A stretch of 64,000 nucleotides of DNA from Opitutia bacterium (lineage in GTDB: Bacteria; Verrucomicrobiota; Verrucomicrobiia; Opitutales; T3Sed10-336): NCBI GenBank assembly GCA_050506795.1, contig JBJHCF010000001.1:250886-314885 (forward strand), given 5' to 3'. Below the pieces are notes generated by a model. The model searched no databases and was not told the origin of the DNA. It saw nothing but the letters and a program-made list of their open reading frames with translations. Made by a program: the position numbers and the translations under genes. Below, piece after piece: positions 47,574-57,541 of the stretch. Numbering within the stretch: the first letter of the stretch is position 1; every line of letters starts with the position of its first letter.

Positions 47574-48404
47574 TCAGTTTTTTCTGACGCGGAAGGGACC
47601 GGGTTCGGTCCGTGTCGAAAATTCCCGGCTGATCACTTCGCCGTTTCCGGTAATGATTTCGCTGACCGGCACCCAGGCGTCCTGGTCGGGGCGATACGCT
47701 TCGATTTGAAACTGTTCTCCCTCATAGCCGGCCGTGTCGAACTCCACTGCATTGACCGGATAGAGTGTCACAGCGACCGGAGTCTCCAGAGGCGGAACAG
47801 GTGTTCTCACCGCGAAATTGTCCCAGTTGGTCTCCCCGCTGCCCCAATCGGTGAAGATATTCACGCTGGTGCGGATATCGGCGACCTGGGCTTCTTCCGG
47901 AGCCTGGATGTCGGTCAGAGTGTAGGTTTGCCACTCGCCGACCAGGGTGGGGTCGATGCCGGTATCTTCCGGATTGCCGGGAATGTCGATATTGACCTCG
48001 CCGACCCAATTGCCGCCTTGATCTTCGAAATCGTCGAAGAAGCGGAACTGGGCAAGCACATTATGGCCCTCCTGGACTTCTTCGAGGAATTTTACCTGGA
48101 ACTCGATGGTAAGGGGCTGCTCACCGGCGGCGGCGGGACCCAGCGAAAACGCCTGGCTTCGGAAGTCGGCATTGCCGCCGATTTCAGGCGCTCCGAGGAT
48201 GATTTTCCCCGTGCCCTCGACGTAACCGTCATCCGGCGAAATTTCGACGAAGGAAGGGCTTGCCGCTCCGGAAAACCAGTCTCCAACGAATTCTATGGTG
48301 GAATTGGCAGGCCCTAGAAACAATTCGGCCCGTAGCGCCGGAGAGGTCATGAGTATCAAGCCGGCCGCAGCCGCAATGTACGGTGAAGGTATCAGGTATT
48401 TCAT
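47574..48404 (-). CDS. Secreted acidic CBM-like protein, paralogue of the PEP-CTERM protein at 52601
   Basis: Signal peptide; FLGPAN, DGYVEGTG, DFRSQAF, DIRTSVNIF, WDNFAV; ends PGPFRVRKN. Confidence 0.72.
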   Translation of the reverse strand: MKYLIPSPYIAAAAGLILMTSPALRAELFLGPANSTIEFVGDWFSGAASPSFVEISPDDGYVEGTGKIILGAPEIGGNADFRSQAFSLGPAAAGEQPLTIEFQVKFLEEVQEGHNVLAQFRFFDDFEDQGGNWVGEVNIDIPGNPEDTGIDPTLVGEWQTYTLTDIQAPEEAQVADIRTSVNIFTDWGSGETNWDNFAVRTPVPPLETPVAVTLYPVNAVEFDTAGYEGEQFQIEAYRPDQDAWVPVSEIITGNGEVISREFSTRTEPGPFRVRKN

Positions 48405-48630
48405 AGCAGGACTCCTTTTTTTTGGTTGGTTCGTTTGAATGTCACTCTGTTAAGAAGTAGCACACGCTTCCAGCGTGTTGTCTCAGGATGGAAGCCTAAG
48501 CTACTTCGATGAAGCGCCTCAACCAGGCGCTGTTCCAATTGATTCGGTATCGAAATTCCGAATGCAAAATCGCACTCACGTGAAGATACTGGAAAGTTGA
48601 ACGTTCAAAGGGAAGCATCGGGTACCGGAT

Positions 48631-51432
48631 CTATTCCCTTAGGCTGACGCTCAGCCGGAGAAAGCGTTTGGGATTCTCCCGCAGAGGGACGGTGTCTGTG
48701 TAGGTTCTTATGCCGTTCTGGGTGGTTTCGGGAAAGGTGTGAACCGTTGTCCAGTTTCCCCCGGGACGATCGCTGGCTTCGATACGGTACGTCAGTTCCG
48801 GGGCGCCGATATGGCGGAAGGTCAGGGTGAGAAAACCGTTTTTCCTGCCGAGAACCACGGGAGGGACACCGGGTTGTGTCGGGTCGCGGCCCAGGGCGAA
48901 CTCGATCAGATTTTCGACGCCGTCGCCGTCCGGATCTCCGGTGTGGGCGAATTCACCGGTTTCCTCAGTGGTCCCGAAATGATGCAGGCGCCAGGACTCT
49001 AATCGGGAAACTCCGGAAATGCCGTTGGTAACGGTTACGTTGTCGATCCCGAAACTTCCGGCGAAGTTGCTTCGCCCCACGAACCAGAGATCGAAGGATT
49101 GAGCCTGTCCGCTGGTGGTGGTTCCCGTGACTTCGATGGTGCGCCAGCCGCGGGCGTCGGGATCGCCCACGCTGACCCGGGCGAAATCGTTCGTTCCGTT
49201 GAAGCCAAATTCGCCGATGGCTCCGGTGGCGTTGTGCAGGGCGAGATTGAGGTCGGGGCCAAGGTACCCGCCATCCGCGTCCCAATTCCGGTAGACGAAA
49301 TCGACATCGCCTTCGATGAGGCCGTTGTTGACCTCGGGGTCGCTGGCGGGTTTGAAGTCAAAGGTGACGGTATACGTAGGATTTCCCTCCGTCGGGAAAC
49401 GACTGGACATTTCCCAGGCGTTTCCGGTTGGTGCCGGTTCGCGTACGACCTCGGCAAAGTAGCCGCTGCCGTTTACCGGACCGCGGTCCGGATCAAACGT
49501 CCAGCGGCGGATCGGATACGAGGAATTGGCGTCGCCGCCCCAACCGGGAGGCCGTTGGTCGGGGGCGTGTTCCTGGCCGTCGGCGGGATCGAACCCGCTC
49601 GATAAAAAGGTTTGAGGGCTTCCCAGCGGGGCGCTCGATCCCGGGGGCAAGCGGTGGATTTCTTCGTTGATTCTTTCTGCTTGCCAGCGGTTTCGCGCCA
49701 CCCGGATACGCCAGAGCATTTCCTCCGGACTGACCACGTTGACCTTGTCGTGGTCGACGGCTTCCACGGCGCGTCGCACCGCGGGAATTCCCTGGTCGGC
49801 GCCCGGACCGTCCGGCCGGGGGAACTCCGACCAGGCGTGGACAGAGGCCCAGGCGCCTGCAAACTGATCGTGGTCCTGGTTCATGAATCCGGCAACCTCT
49901 TCCGGGCTTCCCGCATTCGGCGCATTGAGTTGGTGCCAGAGAGCGTAGCGGGGCGTGACCGCCGGGACTTCGCCTCCCCGTCCGTCTTCAATCCAGAAGA
50001 TTTCCCCTTGTTTCGCGTTGTACGGCGCGAAATCGATGATGAGCATGCCGAGCAAAGGCCGGATCTCCTCAGCGAAGATGCGCATTGCTTCATGAAAAGC
50101 GGAACTGGCGGTGTCGGCTGCGATGAAGGTGAGAATGCGGGTGCCGGTCCGCTCCATCTGTCGCGCTTTAGTGCGGGCGACCTCCCGCAGGGCCGCTTCG
50201 CGTCCTTCGCGGTTTTCGGCGAAGAGGTCCGGATAAAAATAAGACGAAAAATGAACCACCGTCGTGTGCTCGGGTTTGGTGTTGGCAAGTCGGTCGATCA
50301 CCACTGGAGCAAAATCGGCGAGATCGCTGGTGGCGACGGTGAACCCCATTGGAAAGTCGCCGTGTTCCGGATGGTCCCAGAACACCCCATGCGGACTGCC
50401 GCTGGGGTGCCCCCAGAAGCCCCTGGCGACCCACCCGGTGTTGTCACCATCGCTCATCAGAAAACTGACGGGGAACCGGTCGTCCTCCCAATCGATGGCG
50501 GCGGGATCGAGCGTCGAAATCGTGGAAGGGCGGTAATCGCGCGATCCGGCTGACATAACGGTGACGTTGGCGAGCCAGTCGGAAACGGTGTTGAGGAGGC
50601 CGTGGCGGGAGCCTTGACTGATATGCGCGAATTCGCCGCCCGCGTTCCATCCGAATGCGGTACCGGGTACGGAGGTATCGAGCATGGCGGCGGCCGTGGT
50701 ATCGTCCACCCCGTAGGCGACCCGTCCCCGGTGGGCGACGACCATGTCCCGCATCCTTTCGACACGTGCATCGGTTCCCGGGCTTAGGAGGAAAAGAAGG
50801 TCCGGCGCGAAGGCGTCGGCGTATTCCTCCCAAACGTCCTCATAATCGAACGATCGCGCGTCGGCCAGTTGCGGAAACCCGTCCGGCATTTCGGATACGA
50901 GATTTTCTTCGACAAGGGCGGCGTCGAGAACGCCCGCCAGCATCGTGGCGATGTTCAGGGAATGATCGAGCGGCTCCTCGCCGGGATCGCCCAGCCGGTA
51001 GACGACGTAACCTTCGAGGAGACCGCGGCTGCGGGTCGTTTGAAAAAGATCCCAGACGGATCCGTTTCTGCGCAGGCTGAGCAGCCTGGCGTCGAGCCGA
51101 TCCAGGGTTTCGTCAAGCCAGTCCCGATAGTGAGGATTCCGGTCGATCCAAATCAGCGTGTCTTCCCGTCCCTCGTTTACCGCGCGGGCCCACAGCCCGG
51201 CCAGCCCTTCCGCGAGAATTCGCTCGGCCGGGGTATTCGGTTGGGAAATGCCGATGACATCGGCGGGGGCCGCTTGTTCCGGCCACCATCCGCCGCTTCC
51301 TTCACTCCCGCTGGCCGCGAGGTCTCCAGAGGCAAAAAAAAATGCTCCCAGAATAGCCCCTTTCCAAAGGGCGTCGCGCCGATGCCACAGGTCTCCGACC
51401 AAAGCGACCACGCGGGCGGTGTCAGTTCCCAT
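48631..51432 (-). CDS. GxGYxYP-family putative glycoside hydrolase with CBM-like domain and C-terminal RFLR domain
   Basis: [49 protein letters not shown]; ends [10 protein letters not shown]. Confidence 0.78.
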   Translation of the reverse strand: MGTDTARVVALVGDLWHRRDALWKGAILGAFFFASGDLAASGSEGSGGWWPEQAAPADVIGISQPNTPAERILAEGLAGLWARAVNEGREDTLIWIDRNPHYRDWLDETLDRLDARLLSLRRNGSVWDLFQTTRSRGLLEGYVVYRLGDPGEEPLDHSLNIATMLAGVLDAALVEENLVSEMPDGFPQLADARSFDYEDVWEEYADAFAPDLLFLLSPGTDARVERMRDMVVAHRGRVAYGVDDTTAAAMLDTSVPGTAFGWNAGGEFAHISQGSRHGLLNTVSDWLANVTVMSAGSRDYRPSTISTLDPAAIDWEDDRFPVSFLMSDGDNTGWVARGFWGHPSGSPHGVFWDHPEHGDFPMGFTVATSDLADFAPVVIDRLANTKPEHTTVVHFSSYFYPDLFAENREGREAALREVARTKARQMERTGTRILTFIAADTASSAFHEAMRIFAEEIRPLLGMLIIDFAPYNAKQGEIFWIEDGRGGEVPAVTPRYALWHQLNAPNAGSPEEVAGFMNQDHDQFAGAWASVHAWSEFPRPDGPGADQGIPAVRRAVEAVDHDKVNVVSPEEMLWRIRVARNRWQAERINEEIHRLPPGSSAPLGSPQTFLSSGFDPADGQEHAPDQRPPGWGGDANSSYPIRRWTFDPDRGPVNGSGYFAEVVREPAPTGNAWEMSSRFPTEGNPTYTVTFDFKPASDPEVNNGLIEGDVDFVYRNWDADGGYLGPDLNLALHNATGAIGEFGFNGTNDFARVSVGDPDARGWRTIEVTGTTTSGQAQSFDLWFVGRSNFAGSFGIDNVTVTNGISGVSRLESWRLHHFGTTEETGEFAHTGDPDGDGVENLIEFALGRDPTQPGVPPVVLGRKNGFLTLTFRHIGAPELTYRIEASDRPGGNWTTVHTFPETTQNGIRTYTDTVPLRENPKRFLRLSVSLRE

Positions 51433-52189
51433 AGTTGAGACGCGGCTCGTGTTGAACTGGGGGATTGGTCTGGTCATCCCACCGGATGTCCTTCTTTGCC
51501 ACATGGGCGTCGGCGAAAAGAAAGTTTACATCAACACCTTCGTTGGGATGCCCCCATTGGAGTTGCCGGTCGATGGTAGCCTGGTTGCCGTACCACCACC
51601 ATCCGTTGGGAGTCCAGCTCCCATCAGCGGCGATTCCGAATCGGGAGTGATCCTGGATTTGCGTAATCCGCAACTGGTTGGCCTCAATCTGACCCGCCCC
51701 GCCGGGACCGGACCTGTCGAAAATAAATTCAGCAAAGGTGTAGGACGCGCCTCGCTCAAACGGATTATTGCGTCCATGTCCATGATTGGCCAATACGTTT
51801 CGATTCAGGCTGCCATGGCCGCCATTGTAATAGAAATTGTAGTTTTGCGGCTCCGGATCGCTGGGGCAGATGTACACCTCCGGATCATCCGCGTATTCGA
51901 GAAGTTGTAACAGCGGATGGCTGGGTTGGCCGTTGTAAATAAGCCCGGGGAATCGATCTTCGTGGTCGGCGGCAAACGCGTGGAAGGCCAAGCCGATCTG
52001 ACGCAGGTTGCTCATGCATTTGGAGGCGCGGGCGGATTCGCGAACACTGGAAACGACCGGAATTAAAATCGCCGCCAGAATACCGATAATAGCGATGACC
52101 GTAAGCAGCTCGATTAAGGTGAACGCATTCCGTGAAGGGCCCATATTGGAATGCGACGTGTGGGAGCGAATGTTATTTCTCATGGCCAT
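51422..52189 (-). CDS. Prepilin-type N-terminal cleavage/methylation protein with H-X9-DG-like C-terminus
   Basis: [38 protein letters not shown]...[10 protein letters not shown]. Confidence 0.92.
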   Translation of the reverse strand: MAMRNNIRSHTSHSNMGPSRNAFTLIELLTVIAIIGILAAILIPVVSSVRESARASKCMSNLRQIGLAFHAFAADHEDRFPGLIYNGQPSHPLLQLLEYADDPEVYICPSDPEPQNYNFYYNGGHGSLNRNVLANHGHGRNNPFERGASYTFAEFIFDRSGPGGAGQIEANQLRITQIQDHSRFGIAADGSWTPNGWWWYGNQATIDRQLQWGHPNEGVDVNFLFADAHVAKKDIRWDDQTNPPVQHEPRLNYGN

Positions 52190-52520
52190 AGTTGTTCGTC
52201 GTTAACTGGAGTAATGGTGAAAACTTTTAGAAAACAGTACCTATCGAATGTAATCGAATCTGCATCGAGGGAGCCGGAATTGAAAGCCTGCCATCCTTGG
52301 AATTTAACCTATATATATGTTTGGAATAATTGGAAAGTCAAGCGGGATCGGAGATTTTTTTATGCTGCTCCAGAAGTCTGTCAGCTACGCCCGGCTGGCT
52401 CCTGGGTGCCGGTGATCCTCACGCGGCAAAGTGGGGAATCCCGTTTATTGGAAGCCGACGCTACCGTGCCACCTCCGTAATGGATGCCCCTCACCGGCGT
52501 TCGACGGGAAGGCATTCGAC

Positions 52521-52560
52521 CACAGAAAGGCCGCACGTTTCACAGTGCGGCCTTTCTGTG
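52521..52560 (-). terminator. 16-bp perfect hairpin downstream of the PEP-CTERM gene
   Basis: CACAGAAAGGCCGCAC-8nt-GTGCGGCCTTTCTGTG. Confidence 0.75.
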
Positions 52561-52600
52561 TCTGGTAAGTCTGTTTTTGGCGTTCTAAAATGGACGGGCC

Positions 52601-53269
52601 TCAGCGCTGCAGAAGCCGGCGCCGGAGAACCACCGCACCCAGAGCCAGGAGCCCGCCGATCAAGGCATAGGTGCCGGGTTCGGGGACTGTGGAGACTGAG
52701 AAATTATCGAAATGCACGTCACCACTAGCCCATGTGTCATCTCCAAAGATGTTGATGCTGGTCCGGATATCGCCTCCCAGCGCGTCTCCGGGGGCAAAAA
52801 TGCCGTCTTGGCTGAAGGTCTGCCATTGGTTGAGGAGAGAGCCGTCGCCGTTGTCGGTTCCGACGTAAAAGTTCTGCTCACCCGTGAAGCTGTCCGAGGT
52901 GGTGGAGGTGTGGAAGCGGAGGCCGACGCGGATGTTGTTCCCGGCCTGGACTTCCTCGGTGAACATGAACTGAAAACTGATCGTAATCGGTTCGGCGCCC
53001 CCCGCAGCCTGTTCAAGCGCGAATATATCGGCCCGGAAGTCCCCGCTGGTACCGGTGTCGGTGGCTCCGAGATCGAGTGTGCCGGTGCCGGCAATGTAGC
53101 CGTCCTCCGCGGACCAGCCGCTTGCTCCGCCGAAGTTCCAGAAATCGGCGTTGCCGTCGATCGTCGGGTTCTGCGGTCCCAGGAAAACAGTCTGGGCGCC
53201 GGCGATCTGAGCGGAGAGAAATACGGCCGTTCCGGCGGCCGCGAGAATCAATGAGGGTGTTATTTTCAT
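52601..53269 (-). CDS. PEP-CTERM sorting domain protein with CBM-like domain
   Basis: Signal peptide; VPEPGTYALIGGLLALGAVVLRRR. Confidence 0.92.
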   Translation of the reverse strand: MKITPSLILAAAGTAVFLSAQIAGAQTVFLGPQNPTIDGNADFWNFGGASGWSAEDGYIAGTGTLDLGATDTGTSGDFRADIFALEQAAGGAEPITISFQFMFTEEVQAGNNIRVGLRFHTSTTSDSFTGEQNFYVGTDNGDGSLLNQWQTFSQDGIFAPGDALGGDIRTSINIFGDDTWASGDVHFDNFSVSTVPEPGTYALIGGLLALGAVVLRRRLLQR

Positions 53270-53566
53270 TATAGTCGTGTTGATGGAGGGATTGTTGTTG
53301 TCGGCTTGTCGATGACTAAAAAGAGGCCCGTTTAAAAAAAACCGCCCTTAAAACTGATTGGAGATTTGGTTTAAAGCTTTATAGAATGTCAAGGCTTATC
53401 TGTTGTGTTTTTAAGGCACGCACGTTCAATTATGAAATATATGGTTGATAAGAATCTATATATATGATCTATTTCCAGTGTTTGAGGGTCTGATTGTTGT
53501 GTCGATTTGGCATCTCGCCTTCGGGCACCGCCTTTTAACATTCATAAGTTATTTCAGATAAACCTT

Positions 53567-55741
53567 ATGCGCCACAAACCGCAGGATTTCGTCAATCCGT
53601 TCCAAGGGACAGACTCCAATCCGGATTTTTCATCGGGCAACACGTTGCCGTTGGTTTGCCGGCCGTTCCCCCTGACTGCCTGGACTTTGCAGACGGGGGA
53701 GGATCGCTGGCCGTTTCGTTGGAAAGACGCCAAACTCCAGGGGATTCGTGCGACGCATCAGGCGAGTCCCTGGATCGGCGATTTTGGTCAATTCACATTG
53801 ATGCCGCAGACCGGCCCGGTCGCTTTGGATGGGTATGCCCGCGCCGCCTACTACAACAAGAAGGTGACGGTGGTTAAGCCCCATTATCTACGGGTTGAGT
53901 TGCCCCGTTACCGGGTCACGATCGAGACAACACCCACCGAAAGGTGCGCTTATTTCCGTTTCGACTTTGGCAAGGCCGAGCGGGCGCGTTTGGTGGTGGA
54001 TTGTTTTGATAGGGGGGATCTGGCAAAAGGCGCGACCTCCAATCAGGTGCATGGGATTGCTGAAAGCAACCATGGGGGCGTAGCTGGAGCCTTTGGCGTG
54101 CGTTTTCTACTGGAATTCAATGTTCCCATATTGCGGAATGTGTTTCAGCCGCACGAAAACGAGGCTCCGAAGGGAACCGGCAAGGCGCTCGGTTACGTGG
54201 AATTCGATGTTCCGGAAAGCGGCGTCGTCGAATGTCTGGTTGCGACTTCCTACTTGGATCACGATCAAGCCTGGGAGAACCTGAAGCGGGAAATTGGCGG
54301 TGCTTCTTTCGACCAGGTGTGCGAGGCCGGCGAGGCCGAATGGCGACGGCGGCTTTCCCGCGTGACGATCAAAACGAACTGCGAGGAGGAACTGAGCACC
54401 TTTTATTCCTGCCTTTACCGCACGCTCACCTTTCCGCTCAAGATGCATGAGATCGAACCGGACGGCACGGAGGTCCATTACAGCCCTTACAATGGTCGGA
54501 AAGAAAAGGGCAAGCTGTTCACCGCTCACGGTTTCTGGGACACCTACCGGACGACGTATCCGCTTTACGCGCTATTATACCCGGAGGATTACAGTGAGTT
54601 CCTGCAGGGGTGGCTTAACGCGCGCCGGGAGGGCGGGTGGTTTCCCCGCTGGCCCGCTCCGGGTTATCAGGTCTGTATGCAGAGCACGCACATCGACGCC
54701 GTGTTCGCCGACGCCCTAGTCAAGGGAATCGATGGTGTCGATTGGCAGGAGGTCTACGCGGGGGTACGGCAGAACGCATTCACCGAGTTGGAGGCGAAGG
54801 ACCTCGGATACGGCAGACCCGGACTGAGCGATTATGTGCGCCTCGGATACATTCCTGCCGACAGATACGGTTACTCAGTGTCGGCCACGCTCGATAACGC
54901 CTATTGCGACTTTTGCCTTTCGGTAATGGCGGAGCGGCTCGGGAAGTCGGAAGATGCCGAACTCTTGCGTGAACGTGCGAAACATTATCGGAACGTATTC
55001 GATCCGGAGACGGGATTTATGCGCGGAAGAAACAGCGACGGCAGTTGGTTGACACCTTTCGACCCGTTTGACTGGGGCGGCCCGTACATGGAGGCGGGCG
55101 CCTGGCAGTCTTCATGGACCGTGCCGCACGATCCCGAGGGTTTGATTTCTCTCCATGGCGGTCCGGAGGCTTTGGTGAGGAAACTGCAAGAGATGCTCGC
55201 GACCAAACCGTATTACAACATCGGCGACTACGATTTTGAAATTCACGAAATGACGGAAATGGCGGTCGGGGGAGACATGGGGTTCGGTCAATACGCGCAT
55301 TCGAATCAACCATCACACCTGGCGCTCTATTACTTTGGTGTCGCGGGCCGGCCGGATTTAACCGAATACTGGGTGCGGCGAATCCTCCAGGAGTACTACA
55401 ATCCTGGCCCCGCGGGATTTCCGGGGGATGAAGATAACGGCGAAATGTCGGCATGGTACATCTTCAGCGCCCTTGGCCTGTTTCCCTTTTGTCCGGGCAA
55501 GGCCGAGTACGTCACGATCGAACCTCTGTACCAGGGCGCGACAATCGCACTCTCCAATGGAAAGGAATTGACGATCCGCCGGTGTGAGGGGGATGAGGAA
55601 CTGCTTGCCGACAGGCAAGAAGCGCCGTTTGTCATCAGCCACGAACGTTTGCTTGAAGGAGGAGAGATTCGAATCTCATCCCGCCAGGACAACCGGAATA
55701 TCGCGATTGAGGCTTTCGATCTGGTGTTGCGGGACGATTAA
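53567..55741 (+). CDS. GH92 alpha-mannosidase
   Basis: FVNPFQGT, GNTLP, THQASPWIGDFG, FWDTYRT, YAHSNQPSH, PGDEDNGEMSAWY. Confidence 0.93.
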   Translation: MRHKPQDFVNPFQGTDSNPDFSSGNTLPLVCRPFPLTAWTLQTGEDRWPFRWKDAKLQGIRATHQASPWIGDFGQFTLMPQTGPVALDGYARAAYYNKKVTVVKPHYLRVELPRYRVTIETTPTERCAYFRFDFGKAERARLVVDCFDRGDLAKGATSNQVHGIAESNHGGVAGAFGVRFLLEFNVPILRNVFQPHENEAPKGTGKALGYVEFDVPESGVVECLVATSYLDHDQAWENLKREIGGASFDQVCEAGEAEWRRRLSRVTIKTNCEEELSTFYSCLYRTLTFPLKMHEIEPDGTEVHYSPYNGRKEKGKLFTAHGFWDTYRTTYPLYALLYPEDYSEFLQGWLNARREGGWFPRWPAPGYQVCMQSTHIDAVFADALVKGIDGVDWQEVYAGVRQNAFTELEAKDLGYGRPGLSDYVRLGYIPADRYGYSVSATLDNAYCDFCLSVMAERLGKSEDAELLRERAKHYRNVFDPETGFMRGRNSDGSWLTPFDPFDWGGPYMEAGAWQSSWTVPHDPEGLISLHGGPEALVRKLQEMLATKPYYNIGDYDFEIHEMTEMAVGGDMGFGQYAHSNQPSHLALYYFGVAGRPDLTEYWVRRILQEYYNPGPAGFPGDEDNGEMSAWYIFSALGLFPFCPGKAEYVTIEPLYQGATIALSNGKELTIRRCEGDEELLADRQEAPFVISHERLLEGGEIRISSRQDNRNIAIEAFDLVLRDD

Positions 55742-55855
55742 TTCCTCCGCTCCGACGCGCACTGGAGCATATCACCTCCCGGGTCTCTTCGGAGTGGAAG
55801 GGCTTTTCAGCGATGACGTTTTGCTTTTAGGAGTATAAGAGGATAGATCAAACGG

Positions 55856-57229
55856 GTGTGGATTAAAGTGAAGCGAGCAGTAATAGTTTTTGGAGGTTTA
55901 GCCTGTGCGGTGTTGGCTTACTTCCTTCTGCCGGAGATTTTCGACGAATTGGAAAGGCGGACGGTGAGCATTTTCGTCTTCGCGGCCGTATTTTGGGCGA
56001 GTCGGATAATTCCCCTGTTTGCCACCTCCCTGCTGGTAGTCATTTTCTGCATACTTCTTTTGGCCGAGGAGGGAGGATTTGCGGGATCTGGCGAAATAGA
56101 GGCAACCCGTTTTCTGGCGGAGTTCGGGTCCGATATTTTGATGCTTTTTTTGGGAGGCCTAGCCCTCTCGGTCGCCCTCAGCAAACATGGCCTGGACAAG
56201 GCGATCGCCACACGCGTTCTTCGGCCTTTCGTAAATCAACCTTTGGTATTGATCTACGCGGTCATGGCAATCACTGCCTTTTTCTCAATGTGGATGTCGA
56301 ACACCGCGACGACTGCCATGATGTTGGCGATCGTGGCGTCGCTCCTGCGGGGCGTTCCAAAAGACGATCGTTTTGGCACCGGGTTGGTGCTTGCGGTTGC
56401 CCTTGGGGCGAATATCGGCGGCATCGGTACACCGATTGGAACACCGCCGAATGCCATCGCCATCTCCGCCTTGCGTGACGCGGGTTACGATGTCACTTTT
56501 CTGCGCTGGATGCTGATGGCCTTGCCGCTGGCCCTTTTCCTGCTGGCAATCGGCGGCTTGGTGATCAAAAGGTTTTATGGACAGGGCAAAATTCCCGAAC
56601 TGCGCGGAGACATCGAAGCGGTCGACTTGACCCGCAAGAGCTTGGCCACGCTGGGGGTTCTCGTCTATGCCATTGTGGCATGGTTGACCAGCGGGTTGCA
56701 CGGCGTCCCCGATGGAATCATCGCGCTCAGTGCAGCTGCTCTGCTGGCGGTCTTTGGTCTGCTCGAGGGAGAGGATTTGAAGGAAATTGAATGGCCGGTG
56801 TTGATCCTGATGTGGGGCGGCCTGACTCTCGGGCTTGCGATGGAATTGACGGGGCTGGTGGAGCATCTTGGCGAATTACCGCTCGCGGCGCTTCCGAACT
56901 TCGTACTCGCCGGCATTTTGGTCGCGGTGGGCGTAGGGCTTTCAATGTTCGTGAGCAACACTGCCACTGCGGCCCTGCTGGTCCCAATTGTTCTCGCGCT
57001 TGCCGTTCCCGAAGAGGGACTCCTCGTGGTGGTGACGGCGCTTGCCTGCTCCTTCGCCATGGCTATGCCCGTCTCCACGCCACCAAATGCCCTCACCTAC
57101 GGCACTGGAAGAATCGATGTCCCGGACCTATTTCGCATCGGCGGCCTGCTGGGAATCATTGCCATTATCATCATGATGGTCGGTTATCGGATCATGGTGC
57201 CTTTGACTCTTCCCGTCGGCCAGGGATGA
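55856..57229 (+). CDS. DASS/SLC13 sodium-coupled anion symporter
   Basis: SMWMSNTATTAMM, GTPIGTPPNAI, SNTATAAL, PVSTPPNA; multiple TM helices. Confidence 0.92.
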   Translation: MWIKVKRAVIVFGGLACAVLAYFLLPEIFDELERRTVSIFVFAAVFWASRIIPLFATSLLVVIFCILLLAEEGGFAGSGEIEATRFLAEFGSDILMLFLGGLALSVALSKHGLDKAIATRVLRPFVNQPLVLIYAVMAITAFFSMWMSNTATTAMMLAIVASLLRGVPKDDRFGTGLVLAVALGANIGGIGTPIGTPPNAIAISALRDAGYDVTFLRWMLMALPLALFLLAIGGLVIKRFYGQGKIPELRGDIEAVDLTRKSLATLGVLVYAIVAWLTSGLHGVPDGIIALSAAALLAVFGLLEGEDLKEIEWPVLILMWGGLTLGLAMELTGLVEHLGELPLAALPNFVLAGILVAVGVGLSMFVSNTATAALLVPIVLALAVPEEGLLVVVTALACSFAMAMPVSTPPNALTYGTGRIDVPDLFRIGGLLGIIAIIIMMVGYRIMVPLTLPVGQG

Positions 57230-57248
57230 TGGCTGTCGTTTTATTTTT

Positions 57249-57404
57249 CGCAGCTTCGGCGACTGCGTCTTGAATCGGCGGAGAGGGAGGGATTGCTGCG
57301 CCATCTCCGCTGCGCTTCGTCAAACCCCCTGCGGGGGTTCTCATCTCCTCCCTCTTGCCGCAGCTTCGGCGACTGCGTCTTGAATCGGCGGAGAGGGAGG
57401 GATT
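57249..57404. repeat. 46-bp direct repeat (period 110) containing the tRNA 3' end
   Basis: CGCAGCTTCGGCGACTGCGTCTTGAATCGGCGGAGAGGGAGGGATT at 57249-57294 and 57359-57404. Confidence 0.9.
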
Positions 57405-57445
57405 CGAACCCCCGGACCCTTGCGGGTCAGCGGTTTTCAAGACCG
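57387..57445 (-). tRNA. 3' part of tRNA-Ser(TGA), displaced fragment marking an attachment site; not an intact tRNA
   Basis: CGGTC-TTGAAA-ACCG, long variable arm TGACCCGCAAGGGTC, GGGGGTTCGAATCCCTC, CCTCTCCGCC; no D-arm or 5' acceptor strand upstream. Confidence 0.85.
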
Positions 57446-57541
57446 TTGTATTTACGAAGTTATGCGGGATAGAAGGCGGAAGAACACCTTTTGAACACTT
57501 TTGCTTGTCACCGGGGGGCGATTCGTGGCACAATCCGTCAC

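Noticed and set aside
52309..53466. CTATATATATG occurring in two AT-rich promoter regions
   Set aside because: Low-complexity sequence; two copies are not enough to call a site
57249..57404. Possible CRISPR array
   Set aside because: Only two copies, derived from the tRNA 3' end, with a 64-bp spacer and no cas genes
57387..57480. Intact tRNA-Ser gene
   Set aside because: Sequence 5' of the anticodon arm has no D-arm or acceptor strand
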